DNA of 63,893 nucleotides, counting the filler, from Actinomycetota bacterium (GTDB lineage Bacteria > Actinomycetota > CADDZG01 > JAHWKV01 > JAOPZY01), in the NCBI GenBank assembly GCA_025963875.1. It is 5 parts of 5 records of this genome, joined end to end, with 100 filler letters (N's around TTAATTAATTAA, not from the genome) between each part and the next. Parts side by side here need not be neighbours in the genome. Positions count along the whole stretch, not along the records: positions 1 to 19,189 come from JAOPZY010000058.1; positions 19,290 to 47,233 come from JAOPZY010000071.1; 3 more parts are not named here. The stretch is one strand, 5' to 3'. This document shows, piece after piece, positions 18,827 through 29,229 of the stretch. A model generated the notes under the pieces. The model was given only the letters and a program-made list of their open reading frames with translations. It ran no database searches and was not told where the DNA came from. The translations under genes and the position numbers were made by a program. Position 1 is the first letter of the stretch. The number at the start of each line of letters is the position of its first letter.

Positions 18827-19189
18827 CGACGCCCGGGTCCGGCGATCCGGTGTTCACGGCGCTCTGGGAGGCGCACCGGCGACGGATGCTCGATCTCGCC
18901 TTTCGCATGTTGCTGCACTTCCCCGACGCCGAGGACGTGGTGCAGGAGGCGTTCGGCCGCCTGGCCCGAACGGACATCGCCGGGATCGATGATCCCGAGG
19001 GGTGGCTGGTGGTCGTCACCAGCAGGCTGTGCCTCGACCGGCTCCGCACGCGACGGCGGCGCCCGACCGATGGGCTGGACCTCGTCGACGATCCCTTCGA
19101 CCCGCACGCACCCGATCCCTCGAACCAGGTGGCACTCGTCGACAACGTCAGCATGGCGATGCATGCCCTCCTGGAGCGCCTGAGTCCGG
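18823..19189 (+). CDS. ECF sigma-70 factor (SigJ/SigI-like), truncated by contig end
   Basis: LAFRML..DAEDVVQEAF..WLVVVTSRLCLDRLR region 2; ATGA overlap. Confidence 0.88.
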
Positions 19190-19289
19190 NNNNNNNNNNN
19201 NNNNNNNNNNNNNNNNNNNNNNNNNNNNNNNNNTTAATTAATTAANNNNNNNNNNNNNNNNNNNNNNNNNNNNNNNNNNNNNNNNNNNN
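19190..19289. other. Artificial contig linker (N-TTAATTAATTAA-N)
   Basis: N runs around a spacer that carries stops in all frames. Confidence 0.98.
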
Positions 19290-19447
19290 GCGTTCACGGC
19301 CACCTGAACTCCTCTCGAAGCGCTGCCGTCTGCAACTCTTGCACCTCCATCTCACCATTCGTCCCCCTGTGGCTCAAGGGTGGCAGCCCCCGTGTTGGGC
19401 GGGGGGTGCCAGCACCCCCGGATCCCGTTTGGCCGACTGTAGCGCCG

Positions 19448-19496
19448 CTTCTTTGTATGAATAACCATGATAATGATGTTTAATCATACAAAGAAG
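19448..19496. promoter_or_regulatory. AT-rich 49-bp palindrome (operator or terminator)
   Basis: CTTCTTTGTATGA/TCATACAAAGAAG perfect 13-bp arms around an ATGATAATGAT core. Confidence 0.6.
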
Positions 19497-19521
19497 ATTG
19501 CTTTGGGGCAGCCCGGCCCCT

Positions 19522-19890
19522 TCAGGCGGTGGGCTTGGACGCCTCGATCTGGCGGCGGACGTCGTCCATGTCCAGCTCCCGGACCGTGCGGATGAGCTCG
19601 GCCAGCGCCGGCCCAGGGAGCGCCCCCGCCTGCGAGTAGAGCAGGATGCCGTCCCGGAAGGCGAAGAGCGTGGGGATGGACCTGATGCCGGCAGCCGCCG
19701 AGATCTCCTGCTCCGCCTCCGTGTCCACCTTGGCGAACACGATGTCGGGGTGCGTCTCGGATGCCTGCTCGAACACCGGCGCAAACCTCCGGCAGGGGCC
19801 GCACCAGCCTGCCCAGAAGTCGACGAGCACGATCTCGTGCCCGTTGACCGTCTCCCAGAACGTGTCCCCGGTCAGCTCCTGCGTAGCCAA
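19522..19890 (-). CDS. trxA: Thioredoxin
   Basis: TTG start after GGAGGAG; DFWAGWCGPC; IRSIPTL. Confidence 0.93.
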   Translation of the reverse strand: MATQELTGDTFWETVNGHEIVLVDFWAGWCGPCRRFAPVFEQASETHPDIVFAKVDTEAEQEISAAAGIRSIPTLFAFRDGILLYSQAGALPGPALAELIRTVRELDMDDVRRQIEASKPTA

Positions 19891-20022
19891 AGCTCCTCCA
19901 ATCGTCGTTGTGGTACTGGCAACGACGGCAGGCTGTCGCTGATTCCGGCGTGGGCCGCCGAGTATTGACTTGGCCCTGGGGTGGGTCGATACTCGGGGAC
20001 CTCTTTGTCGAATGGGGGTCGT

Positions 20023-23000
20023 ATGACCGGTTCTGGGACTACCTGGCGCGTGCGCCTGCTTGCCGTGGTGACCGTGCTGCTTGCCACGCTGCTCTCCCCC
20101 ACCGGCATCGCGAGAGCGTTCGCCAAGCCGGCCCCCCCGAGCCCCGATGGTCAGTCCACGTCGGCTCCGACCGTCTCGGGACGGCTTCCCGCCAACGACC
20201 TTGCGTCCGTCGACACCGGGCGCTGGATCGTGCAACTGGCCGAGCAGCCGGCGGCCGCCCATGTCCGGGCTGTCCGGGCTGTCCAGGCCTCCCCCGCCGC
20301 GCAGCCTGCCGGGCGCTACCACGCCGCTGCTGCGGACAACCAGGCCTACGAGGCCCACCTTGCCGGCAGCCAGCGTGCGTTCGAAGCGACGCTTGCCCAC
20401 ACCGCCAAGGGGGCGACCGTCGAGCGGCGGTACTCGGTGGCCCTCAACGGCATGGCCGTAAAGATGTCGAAGGACCAGGCGGCGGCCGTACGCCGCCTCC
20501 CCGGCGTCAAGGCCGTGACCCCGGACGTCGCCTACAAGCTCGACATGTACAGCACGCCGGCACAGATCGGCGCTCCGACGCTCTGGAACGAACTCGGCGG
20601 CCAGGCCAACGCCGGCGCCGGCGTGAAGGTGGCGGTCATCGATACCGGGATCTACGTCACGAAGGACGCCTCGGGGCGGTACGCGGGCAACCCGTGCTTC
20701 GACGACGCCGGCTACCAGCTCCCGGCGGACGGCCCGTACCCGCTCGGCGACACCCGGTTCACCAACAGGAAGGTCATCGTCGCCCGTACCTACTTCCGGC
20801 CGGACGACCCGCCGCTGCCCGGCGACGACACCGCGATCCCCGGCCCCGAGGGCAGCCCCCACGGGACCCACACCTCCGGCACGGTCGCCTGTAATGCCAA
20901 CACCCACGTGGACCTGCAGGGCACGCCGGTCACGATCTCGGGGGTGGCGCCGCGCGCCTGGCTGATGAACTACCGGGTCTTCTACGCCAGTCACAGCACC
21001 GAGGATTTCCAGAACGGCAACGCCTATGTGGCGGAGCTGGTCCAGGCGATCGACGACGCCGTGCGCGACGGCGCCGACGTCATCAGCAACTCGTGGGGCT
21101 CGACGTACCAGAACACGCTCGCCTGGCCCGACCCGATGGTGCAGGCTGCCGAGTCGGCCGTCGACGCCGGCGTGGTCATGGTGTTCGCCAACGGCAACGC
21201 CGGCCCGGACACTGCGACCACGGAGGCCCCTGCCAACTCCCCCAAGGTCATCGGGGTCGGAGCGGTCACCAAGGACGCCGCGATTTCGAGCGGGGTCATC
21301 GATGTGACCGGGCCCGCCCCCGTGCCGGTCACCCTGACAGCCCGTGACATCGGCCCAGCCCAGTTCGGCCCCGCCGCACCCGGCCCTGCCAGCGTCGGCC
21401 CAGCCCCGTACGTGCCCGCCGAGAAGGTGGCGACGAACGCCAGCGCGACCGGCTGTTCGCTGAGCAGCGGTGCCAACCCCTTCCCGCCCGGCGCGTTCAC
21501 CGGAGCCATCGCGCTCATCGCCCGGGGGGCCTGCGAGTTCACCGACAAGGTCGCCAATGCACAGCTCGCCGGTGCCGTCGGGGTCGTCGTCTACAACTCC
21601 GCCGCAGGGGGCGACAACCTCCAGTCCATGGGAACCGGCGCGCGAGCCGCCGAGGTGACCATCCCCTCGTGGTTCATGCGCCACAGCGACGGCCTGGCGA
21701 TGGACGCGTTCGCGACCGCCCACGCCGGTGCCGCTGCCCGGTACACGCTGCGGGGGCATCCGGCAGCCGCTGCGGGTGACGTGCTGGCCAGCTTCAGCTC
21801 CGTCGGCCCTACCCAGGACAAGACCCTGAAGCCCGACGTGGTGGCGCCGGGCGTCGATGTGCTGTCCTCGGGCTACGCCGCGGCCCCCTTCCCTGGCAAT
21901 CTCACCGGCTTCGGCTCCGCGTCGGGGACGAGCATGGCCACGCCCCACGTTGCCGGATCCGCGGCCCTGCTCCGGCAGCTCCATCCCGACTGGGAGCCGA
22001 GCCAGATCAAGTCGGCGCTCATGTCCACGGCCACCGAAGGCGTCTGGCTCGACACGGCGAAGACGCAGCCCGCGCCGATCCTGGGCCGGGGGGCCGGCCG
22101 GATCGACCTGACGAAGGCCGGCAACCCCGGCCTGACCTTCGACCAGGCCAGCGTCAGCGCCGGCGAGCTCGCGGCCGGGAAGCAGGCCGAGGCAGCCATC
22201 GTCGCCCAGAACGTGAGCGGCCGCCGCGACACCTGGGACGTCGCAGCCGTCCCGGCGAGCGCCAACCTCGTCATCAAGGTCGGGATGGTGTCGTTCACCG
22301 TCAAGGGGGGTGCCGGCGACCCCGTCTCGATTCCGGTCGAGGTGAGCAGTGTCCCGACGGCGCCGGCCGGCGATCTGCAAGGGGACGTCGTCCTCACCAG
22401 CCGGTCGACCGGCACGAAGCTGCACGTGCCCGTCTGGCTGCGGGTGATCCCGACCACGAGGGTGGCCGACGTCCTGCTCGTCGACGACGACGGCTCCGGG
22501 TTCGGGGCCGGCGCCGATTACGGGCCCTTCTACCGCCACCTGTTCGACGCACTGGGCATCAGCTACCGCTACCTCGACGTGGGCACGTCCCCGTTCCCTT
22601 CCTTCGACGAGCTCTTCGGCTACAAGGCCGTCGTCATGTTCACCGGGGACAACGCCAGCTTCGACACGAGCGGGCTCGCCCTCAAGGATCAGGACGCGCT
22701 CAGCGAGTGGCTGGACAGCGGTGGCCGCCTCTGGGCGATCGGGCAGAACCTCGCCGAGGCGACCGACAGCAACACGAGCTTCAACTCGCCGCACCTGGGC
22801 CGGGCACGGATCTACCACGGCTACCTGGGCGTCCGGTACGACACCGGGAGCCTCTACGCCGGGGCTGCTCCCCGGCCGACGGCCAAGGGGCAGGGACCCC
22901 TCGCCGGGCTCACGCTCGACCTCAGCCCCGGCGCGGACGGGGCGGGCAACCAGAGCTCGATCGAGGGCTCGTCGCCGCTGGGCGACACGGACACCTTCAA

Positions 23001-23481
23001 CGCCATGGACACCATGGTCCCGCTGGCGGCACCCATCGGCGGTCTGTCGCCGGGCTCAGGGATGGCATTCGGGCGTTCCTCCGAGCCGTCGCTGGAGGAA
23101 TCCCGCCAGCAGTTCCGCTACCGCAGCGTCGAGATGGGCTTCGGCCTCGAGGGACTCAACGCCACGACCGGCCATGCCGCGCCGGCGACCGTGGCGTCGC
23201 GCACGCTCCAGTGGCTGCTCGACAGCGTGGAGGTCACGCTGGGGCATCCCGGGCCCACGTCTGGCTCCCGGAGCACCCGCCTCTCGGCGACCGCCGTGTC
23301 GAGCTCGGGAGCGGTGGTCACGTCGTACCGCTGGGACTTCGGCGACGGGTCCCCCGTGCAGACGACGCCGGCGCCGGCGGTGGATCACCGGTTCCGCAGC
23401 CATGACCCGGTCGTCGTGCGCGTCGAGGCGACGGATGCTCTCGGCCACCGCGCGGTGGCCGCCCAGACGGCACGGCCCTGA
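20023..23481 (+). CDS. Secreted S8 subtilisin-like serine peptidase (I9 prodomain, PA domain, C-terminal PKD)
   Basis: VAVIDTG, HGTHTSG and SGTSMATPHVAG triad motifs; RGACEF PA motif; YRWDFGDG PKD motif. Confidence 0.95.
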   Translation: MTGSGTTWRVRLLAVVTVLLATLLSPTGIARAFAKPAPPSPDGQSTSAPTVSGRLPANDLASVDTGRWIVQLAEQPAAAHVRAVRAVQASPAAQPAGRYHAAAADNQAYEAHLAGSQRAFEATLAHTAKGATVERRYSVALNGMAVKMSKDQAAAVRRLPGVKAVTPDVAYKLDMYSTPAQIGAPTLWNELGGQANAGAGVKVAVIDTGIYVTKDASGRYAGNPCFDDAGYQLPADGPYPLGDTRFTNRKVIVARTYFRPDDPPLPGDDTAIPGPEGSPHGTHTSGTVACNANTHVDLQGTPVTISGVAPRAWLMNYRVFYASHSTEDFQNGNAYVAELVQAIDDAVRDGADVISNSWGSTYQNTLAWPDPMVQAAESAVDAGVVMVFANGNAGPDTATTEAPANSPKVIGVGAVTKDAAISSGVIDVTGPAPVPVTLTARDIGPAQFGPAAPGPASVGPAPYVPAEKVATNASATGCSLSSGANPFPPGAFTGAIALIARGACEFTDKVANAQLAGAVGVVVYNSAAGGDNLQSMGTGARAAEVTIPSWFMRHSDGLAMDAFATAHAGAAARYTLRGHPAAAAGDVLASFSSVGPTQDKTLKPDVVAPGVDVLSSGYAAAPFPGNLTGFGSASGTSMATPHVAGSAALLRQLHPDWEPSQIKSALMSTATEGVWLDTAKTQPAPILGRGAGRIDLTKAGNPGLTFDQASVSAGELAAGKQAEAAIVAQNVSGRRDTWDVAAVPASANLVIKVGMVSFTVKGGAGDPVSIPVEVSSVPTAPAGDLQGDVVLTSRSTGTKLHVPVWLRVIPTTRVADVLLVDDDGSGFGAGADYGPFYRHLFDALGISYRYLDVGTSPFPSFDELFGYKAVVMFTGDNASFDTSGLALKDQDALSEWLDSGGRLWAIGQNLAEATDSNTSFNSPHLGRARIYHGYLGVRYDTGSLYAGAAPRPTAKGQGPLAGLTLDLSPGADGAGNQSSIEGSSPLGDTDTFNAMDTMVPLAAPIGGLSPGSGMAFGRSSEPSLEESRQQFRYRSVEMGFGLEGLNATTGHAAPATVASRTLQWLLDSVEVTLGHPGPTSGSRSTRLSATAVSSSGAVVTSYRWDFGDGSPVQTTPAPAVDHRFRSHDPVVVRVEATDALGHRAVAAQTARP

Positions 23482-23532
23482 CCAAGGACGGCAGCGCCTG
23501 GGCCGCAGAGCCCCAGCCTTGATGCCCGGCCC

Positions 23533-23586
23533 CTGGCCCGAAGTTGGGAGCGAATCGCGCGCATACGCGCTCTAGGCTCCCAACCT
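23533..23586 (+). repeat. REP-like hairpin GTTGGGAGC..GCTCCCAAC
   Basis: Same family as 17981, 32181 and 35624; lies between convergent genes. Confidence 0.85.
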
Positions 23587-23697
23587 CCCCCTCCCCCTGG
23601 GTGGCGCGGAGCTCCCGAGAAGCCATCCCCCCGGCTCGTCATTCTGCGACAGCCCTCATGCGCGCGATTCCGGACTGACCTCGGCCCCCGCCGCCGC

Positions 23698-24195
23698 TCA
23701 GGCTGCGTTGAAGTACGCGCTCGAGTCGGACCTCCAGAGGAACACGACGGCCCCCAGGCCCACCAGCCAGAGCAGGACGCTGGCAACCTTCTGGATCGCC
23801 GGGTTACCCGCGGCGAACAGGACGTAGAGCAGGTACAGCGTGTCGATACCGAAGAAGACGCTGCTCACGACACGTGCCCAGCTGTAGCCCTTCTTGTTGG
23901 CAGAAGCCATCCAGAGCCACAGGCCCACACCGAGAAGGCCCAGGATGACGCCGAAGGCCAGTCCGACGTTCATCGCGACGTCGAGCTGGCTCTTGGTGAG
24001 CTTGGGGTTGTTGGCGGCAATCATCTTCCGGATCGCGTCCTTCTGGGTGAGGGTGACGACGATGCCGACAAGGCTCAACGCGGCTCCCGCATAGATGAGC
24101 TTCACCGCGGTCAGGACCGACGGCGGAGCGGTCGGCCGTTGTGGCGGGGGCGGCATGTTGTAGGGACCACCTGGACTGCCCCCGTAGTTCGCCAT
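23698..24195 (-). CDS. Hypothetical membrane protein (~4 TM)
   Basis: Pro-rich N-terminus, hydrophobic helices, GYSWARVV and SSAYF motifs; RBS GGAGG. Confidence 0.82.
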   Translation of the reverse strand: MANYGGSPGGPYNMPPPPQRPTAPPSVLTAVKLIYAGAALSLVGIVVTLTQKDAIRKMIAANNPKLTKSQLDVAMNVGLAFGVILGLLGVGLWLWMASANKKGYSWARVVSSVFFGIDTLYLLYVLFAAGNPAIQKVASVLLWLVGLGAVVFLWRSDSSAYFNAA

Positions 24196-24477
24196 GGCCT
24201 CCAACCCCTTTCGATGACACCGGTCTCTTACCCGGCGCCTTGAGGGGCGCCTCGGGCCCGTTCCGGACCGGCCGCCCCCGGTGACCTCCCTCGACGGAGG
24301 CAAGTATAGAACCGTCCAAACCCGAAACACACCCTAATCCGGCGGCTGCGTCCGCTGGCTGAGCGGCACGTAAAGACTGATTTCACCCATTTGGGTGATC
24401 CTGCTGGCTCCCCGACCTGCCGACAACTAAAGGAGGACTTTGCCGCCAGCCGCCCACGACCAGCCAGGGAGGCCGCC

Positions 24478-25116
24478 ATGGGGAACGCCGTCGCAGGCTC
24501 CGGAGCCCGAAGCACGAACCACCACCCCACCAGGGGAAGGCCGTGGTTCCCAGCGTTGGGCCGGGGCCTGCACGTGGCCGCCTCGGTCGCCCTGGTCATC
24601 GGCGCCACGCAGATGGGCGCCGTCGTCCCGGCAGCAGCCTCCGGCCCCCACGGCCGGAACTGCGTCGCCCAACTCGGGATCTCCCAGCCCACGATGCGCT
24701 GCTTCGCCCGCCTGAACGCTGCGGTCGCCGCCGCCACGAACGGGCGCGTGCAACTCCTGTCCGGCACCACCGGGGCCGATCTGCAGGGCATCCCCCTCAA
24801 CGGTGCCGCCGCGGCCTCGGGTGATTACTACGTCGTCTCCATCGAGTGGACCGGGTCCAACTACAAGGGGTCCAGCCTGACCTGGCAGGGGCCCTCGCCC
24901 TGCGGCACCTATGCCAACTCTTCGATGCCCCGCGGCTGGAACGACACCATCCGCTCGGTGGCGCAGTATTCGGGATGCGCCACGACCCTGTACTGGGACA
25001 TCAATTTTGGGGGGGCTACCCGTGCGATCGATGTGAACGAGTCCGTGTTGGACCTGGGGGACTTCGATGCGAACGTCTCGTCGCAGAAGTGGTGCCCCGT
25101 CTTCAGCTGCAGTTAG
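24478..25116 (+). CDS. Secreted protein with C-terminal crystallin / peptidase-inhibitor-I36-like domain
   Basis: Signal-like helix; WNDTIRSV..GCATTLYWDINFGG..FDANVSS; RBS GGAGG. Confidence 0.7.
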   Translation: MGNAVAGSGARSTNHHPTRGRPWFPALGRGLHVAASVALVIGATQMGAVVPAAASGPHGRNCVAQLGISQPTMRCFARLNAAVAAATNGRVQLLSGTTGADLQGIPLNGAAAASGDYYVVSIEWTGSNYKGSSLTWQGPSPCGTYANSSMPRGWNDTIRSVAQYSGCATTLYWDINFGGATRAIDVNESVLDLGDFDANVSSQKWCPVFSCS

Positions 25117-25141
25117 GGCCCGCCGGCAAAGAAGGACCCGC

Positions 25142-25188
25142 AGAGGTGCGGAAAAAATGAGTGTTATAGCAACATCTTCCGCACCTCT
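25142..25188. repeat. 47-bp palindrome between convergent genes (possible bidirectional terminator)
   Basis: AGAGGTGCGGAA/TTCCGCACCTCT arms; a related half-copy lies at ~32058-32082. Confidence 0.65.
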
Positions 25189-25295
25189 TCTGTCGGCCCT
25201 CGGGGACCGTCGGCGGCGAGCGTTGGTTCTGACTCCAGCTGTGCGTCCATGCCCAGGCCGGGGCCTGATCGCGCAGGTTATTTCCCCGCGGGTGC

Positions 25296-25760
25296 CTAGG
25301 GAGTTGCCGGCTGGTTCGGCGGCGACGCCAGCCCCAGCTTCCCGCAGGTGAACGGTCCCTGGGTCGGGAAGATCGCGGCGGTCCCGTCCGGGAGCGTGCA
25401 GGCAACCAGGGTGGGGACGGGCTCGGGTCCCTCGCTCTGCTCTTCCTGTGAAGGGCGTTGGACGGTCGCACCGCCGGTGAGGAACCCCTGGCGCCACAAC
25501 GCCGCGCAGCCCGCCAGGGCGCTCTGCACCTGTTCCGCAGACCCGAGCCGCCCCGGGGCGGCGATGGTCGTGCCCGTGAAGGTCGTGCCGCTCCCGACGC
25601 TCAGGACCGTGTAGCACCGGGCGCTTCCGCGGTCGGTGGCCTGCCGTGTCTTGAGGAAGGCGGCCCCCGCGACGGCGCAACCGGCGATCACCGCCACGCT
25701 CAGGACGGCCAAGAAGACCGCCTCATGGCGATTCCACAGTGATGCGAGGGCTCCGGCCAT
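25296..25760 (-). CDS. Hypothetical membrane-anchored Cys-containing protein
   Basis: One TM helix; CAALWRQG, LVACTLPDG..IFP..CGKLGL pattern; RBS GGAGG. Confidence 0.7.
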   Translation of the reverse strand: MAGALASLWNRHEAVFLAVLSVAVIAGCAVAGAAFLKTRQATDRGSARCYTVLSVGSGTTFTGTTIAAPGRLGSAEQVQSALAGCAALWRQGFLTGGATVQRPSQEEQSEGPEPVPTLVACTLPDGTAAIFPTQGPFTCGKLGLASPPNQPATP

Positions 25761-25850
25761 GCAGTCCTCCCCCATCCTACGAAGCTCACGCCGCAGCACA
25801 AGCAAGAACAGCAGCGGACGGTCGCCTGACCCCCCGGCGGTGCCTGCTGC

Positions 25851-26717
25851 CTACGGACTCGCAGTCGAAGTCGCCGTCATGGTCGCGGTCGCCGTCCCCG
25901 GGGCCGGTGTGACCGTCACCACCACCTTGTCGACGATCTCGGGGCTGAACGGCGTGTGGTCCGCGTAGCCCAGTTCCACCCAGACGGTGTTGTCTCCGGC
26001 CTTCAACAACGCTGCCGGGATGTCGGTCGTGGTCGCCGCGGTGTGGATGATTGCCGGGTCCCCGCTCGGAATCGGGGCCCCGCCGGGAGCGACGGGGGGC
26101 TTGTTGACGAAGATGTGCAGGTGGCCGGTCGAACCGTCCTTCTTTGACATGTCGTCCGCCGCCTTGACCAGCTTCACACTCTCCACCGTCGCCGTGACCT
26201 TGAGTGGCTGACCGGCGGCCAGCGTCGCCGGGGCCGTGAGGTGGACCGTCGGCCCGGTGATCTTGATGGTCTGGACGACCTGGGCGTCGCCGATGCGCCG
26301 GTGGACACCGTCGCCGAGCACGATGACGAGCTTGTGGTCCCCGTCGGTGAGGCCGGTGAGGTGGATCGGGTTCTCGGCAGTGTGCACGACCCCGGGCACC
26401 TTCGGGATCGTCTGGCCGGCGGCGACGGGATCCTTGTCGATGAAGACGTGGAAGTGGCCGGTCTTGCCCGAGGTGTCCCCGTCGGCCGCCACGATCTTGA
26501 TCCCGCTGGTCCCCAGGGCGATGGTCGCGGTGTTGCCCGAGACGACGGTGGCGGTCGTGGCGGTCGAGAGCTGCAGGGTGGGAGCCGCCGTGGGGCTCAC
26601 CGAGGCCGAAGCCGTCGGCGATGCCGATGAGCCTGAGGTCTGAGTGGACTTGCTGCAGGCCCCGCCGGCGAGCATGACGGTGGCACAGAGCGCGCCGACA
26701 ACCAACATCCGATTCAA
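25851..26717 (-). CDS. Lipoprotein with two DUF4399-like domains
   Basis: Lipobox-like GGAC; duplicated GH[FL]H[VI]F..P..G..IP....[VI]HTA..LG..[VD]H motif. Confidence 0.82.
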   Translation of the reverse strand: MNRMLVVGALCATVMLAGGACSKSTQTSGSSASPTASASVSPTAAPTLQLSTATTATVVSGNTATIALGTSGIKIVAADGDTSGKTGHFHVFIDKDPVAAGQTIPKVPGVVHTAENPIHLTGLTDGDHKLVIVLGDGVHRRIGDAQVVQTIKITGPTVHLTAPATLAAGQPLKVTATVESVKLVKAADDMSKKDGSTGHLHIFVNKPPVAPGGAPIPSGDPAIIHTAATTTDIPAALLKAGDNTVWVELGYADHTPFSPEIVDKVVVTVTPAPGTATATMTATSTASP

Positions 26718-26793
26718 GAGTCCCCCTTTGTCCGTATCGGGTGAACTCTAGGTGGCATGCGACGTTGTTTCAAGTTGAAGTCAGAGCCCCGCT

Positions 26794-29127
26794 CTACGGG
26801 CTGCAGATGTTGGCGTGGGTGCCGCACACGAAGAGGCCCGCGTCGGGCTCGTTGTTGGCGCCGCCCTGGAAGTACGTCTCCGGGACCCAGCCCCAGTGGG
26901 TCTTGCCGGCGGCGTCCTTGTCGCTCAAGGTAAAGGCCCACCAGCCGTTCTCGAGGTTTCCCGCGACGAAGGTGGAGCGGTAGCTCTGCCCGACGAACCA
27001 GTTGGTGCTCCCGCCGAGGCGTAGCACGCCCACCTGGTGGGCGGCGTTGCCGGCGTCGGGTGAGTCGAAGACGGGAACGTTGCCGCTGGCCAGCGGGCAG
27101 TGTTGGGCACGGTGCCCTGTGCCGGAATTGGTCTCCGTGAACTGAGCCCCGCAGGGGTACTTGTCCGTCGTCGCGGTGGGAGGCGGCGACGGCGGGACGG
27201 TGGGTCCCGGAGGGGGCGGCGGGGGGGCCTGCGTGGGCGTCGGCGATGGCTGCGGCAGAACGGGCGCTGGGGGAACGGGCGCCGGCGGGGGCGTCGTGGG
27301 GGGCCGGCTTGTTCGAGGCGGCGCGGGGGCGGCCGAGGTCGGAGCTGCCGCCGGCGGCCCGACCACCGTCACGTTGGCCTCGGCACGGAGCTGGCCGATC
27401 GCCGCGGTCACCACCGCCGTGCCGGCGGCTCCCGCGCGCAGCGTCGGTCCGTTGGACGTCACCACCTCGGGCCGGGAGGAGGTCCAGACGGCGTTGAGCG
27501 CCTCGGCTGGCGCGGCGCCGCCGCTGTCGAGCGTGCCCGCCAGCGTGACGGTCACCGTCTGCCCCGCCGGGATCACCATGACGGCGGGGTTGACGCTGAG
27601 CGTCTGGAGCTGGGCGACGACGATGGCGTTCTGGCGGTAGAACGACGCCTCGGCTGCCTGCTGGTCGCCCTTGAGCCGGGCCAGGCGCGAGCTGGGGGAA
27701 TCGTTGCCGCTGACGGTGGCCTGGTAGGAGATCTCCCTCGTGTCTCCCGGCGCCACCTGCGAGAAGCCGAAGAGCAGCACCGGGTCGGCCTGCAGCACCT
27801 TGGGATTGGCGGGCTGGACGTCGCGTAAGCCGGTGACGTTCCTGGCGATGGACTCGGGGACGACCTCGCTGAAGGACACGTCGGTGGTCGTGGGGGCGAT
27901 GCTGGTGAGCCCGACCTTGGTCGTGAGGGTGTCGCCGTCCAGGCGATAGGAGCGGTGGACCGCCAGGTTGCCCCCCACCAACGTCACGGGGAAACTGACG
28001 TTCGCCGCCTTGCCGCCACGCCCGAACGCTGCAAAAGCGGCCGCGGCGAGGAGCACGACCAGCAGCACGGCGGCACCCGCCAGGAGAAGGCCCCGGCGCC
28101 GGGGAGCGCGACCAGCGGCCCCGTCCAGGGTGTCGATCGGCGCGGGGGCCGGGGTGGGGCGGAGCCCGCGCAGCAGCGTGGCGGGCCCGCTGCCGCCCTC
28201 GGAAACGGCCGTGGAAGGCGGGGGCTCGGTGAGGCGGGGCAGGGCTCCGACCCCGGTGAGGCCTGCGGTGAGGGTCTCGAGCTGCATCGCGGCGGCCACG
28301 GCGGTCGGGCGCCTGGCAGGGTCCTTGGCCAGCATCGAACTCAGAACCTTCCAGAGGTCGTCGGGCACGCCCGGGATCCGTCCGGGCAGGTGATCGGTGT
28401 GGGCCTTCAGCACCGCCATGGGGTGGGGGCCGGCGAACGGCGTCACGCCGCAGAGCAGCTCGTAGAGGACGACGCCCGCTCCGTACACGTCGGCCTTGTC
28501 GGTCACGGGCGACGGGACGGCCATTTCCGGTGCCATGTAGACCGGGGTGCCGATCAGGCTCGTCATGCGGGTCAGTCCTGACGTACCGGCCAGCCTGGCT
28601 ACGCCGAAGTCGGCCACGCGTGCCAGCGGAACGGCCGGACCTGGCGCACCGGCCTCAGGGCCGTCCGAGTCCACGAGGATGTTCTCCGGCTTGACGTCGC
28701 GGTGGATGACGCCCTGGGCATGGCCGGCGGCCAGACCCCGGAGGACCTGTGCGGTAATCGCGGCCGCCGTTGCGGCCGGGAGTGTGCCGCTGGCGTTCAG
28801 GTGCCGGCGCAGGTCGGTGCCCGGGATGAGATCGCTGAGGATGGCGAGGGTGTCGCCGTCCACGACCAGGTCCCGGACCCGGACGACGTGGGGATCCTGG
28901 ATCCCGGTGAGGATCGCTCCTTCCTGGACGAATCTGGCAACGATGGTCTTGTCGTCGGCCAGTTCGGGGTGGAGGACCTTCGCCGCCAGGACGTCGCCGG
29001 TGTCGCGGCGGGTCGCCCGGTAGACGCGTCCCATCGCCCCCCGTCCGATGGCCTCGTGGAGAAGGTACCGCTGACCAAGGGGGGTGCCCTCGGGCGGAGT
29101 TGTCCCGGTTGGGCTGTTGGCAGGCAT
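26794..29127 (-). CDS. Hanks-type Ser/Thr protein kinase with TM helix, Ig-like domain, Pro-rich linker and C-terminal extracellular domain
   Basis: IGRGAMGRVY, AAK, HRDVKPEN, DFG, GTPVYMAPE. Confidence 0.94.
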   Translation of the reverse strand: MPANSPTGTTPPEGTPLGQRYLLHEAIGRGAMGRVYRATRRDTGDVLAAKVLHPELADDKTIVARFVQEGAILTGIQDPHVVRVRDLVVDGDTLAILSDLIPGTDLRRHLNASGTLPAATAAAITAQVLRGLAAGHAQGVIHRDVKPENILVDSDGPEAGAPGPAVPLARVADFGVARLAGTSGLTRMTSLIGTPVYMAPEMAVPSPVTDKADVYGAGVVLYELLCGVTPFAGPHPMAVLKAHTDHLPGRIPGVPDDLWKVLSSMLAKDPARRPTAVAAAMQLETLTAGLTGVGALPRLTEPPPSTAVSEGGSGPATLLRGLRPTPAPAPIDTLDGAAGRAPRRRGLLLAGAAVLLVVLLAAAAFAAFGRGGKAANVSFPVTLVGGNLAVHRSYRLDGDTLTTKVGLTSIAPTTTDVSFSEVVPESIARNVTGLRDVQPANPKVLQADPVLLFGFSQVAPGDTREISYQATVSGNDSPSSRLARLKGDQQAAEASFYRQNAIVVAQLQTLSVNPAVMVIPAGQTVTVTLAGTLDSGGAAPAEALNAVWTSSRPEVVTSNGPTLRAGAAGTAVVTAAIGQLRAEANVTVVGPPAAAPTSAAPAPPRTSRPPTTPPPAPVPPAPVLPQPSPTPTQAPPPPPPGPTVPPSPPPTATTDKYPCGAQFTETNSGTGHRAQHCPLASGNVPVFDSPDAGNAAHQVGVLRLGGSTNWFVGQSYRSTFVAGNLENGWWAFTLSDKDAAGKTHWGWVPETYFQGGANNEPDAGLFVCGTHANICSP

Positions 29128-29229
29128 AGAATCCCTTATACCACCCGAACTCAGCTGTATCCGATGCGACGGTCGGGTCTGGCCATTGGCAAGAGCGACG
29201 GCTCGAACGTGGCCAGACGCGTCGGCCGG

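Noticed and set aside
19190..19289. TTAATTAATTAA motif within N runs (also at 47234, 56311 and 59379)
   Set aside because: Artificial all-frame-stop linker between contigs; no biological meaning, and adjacency across it was ignored.
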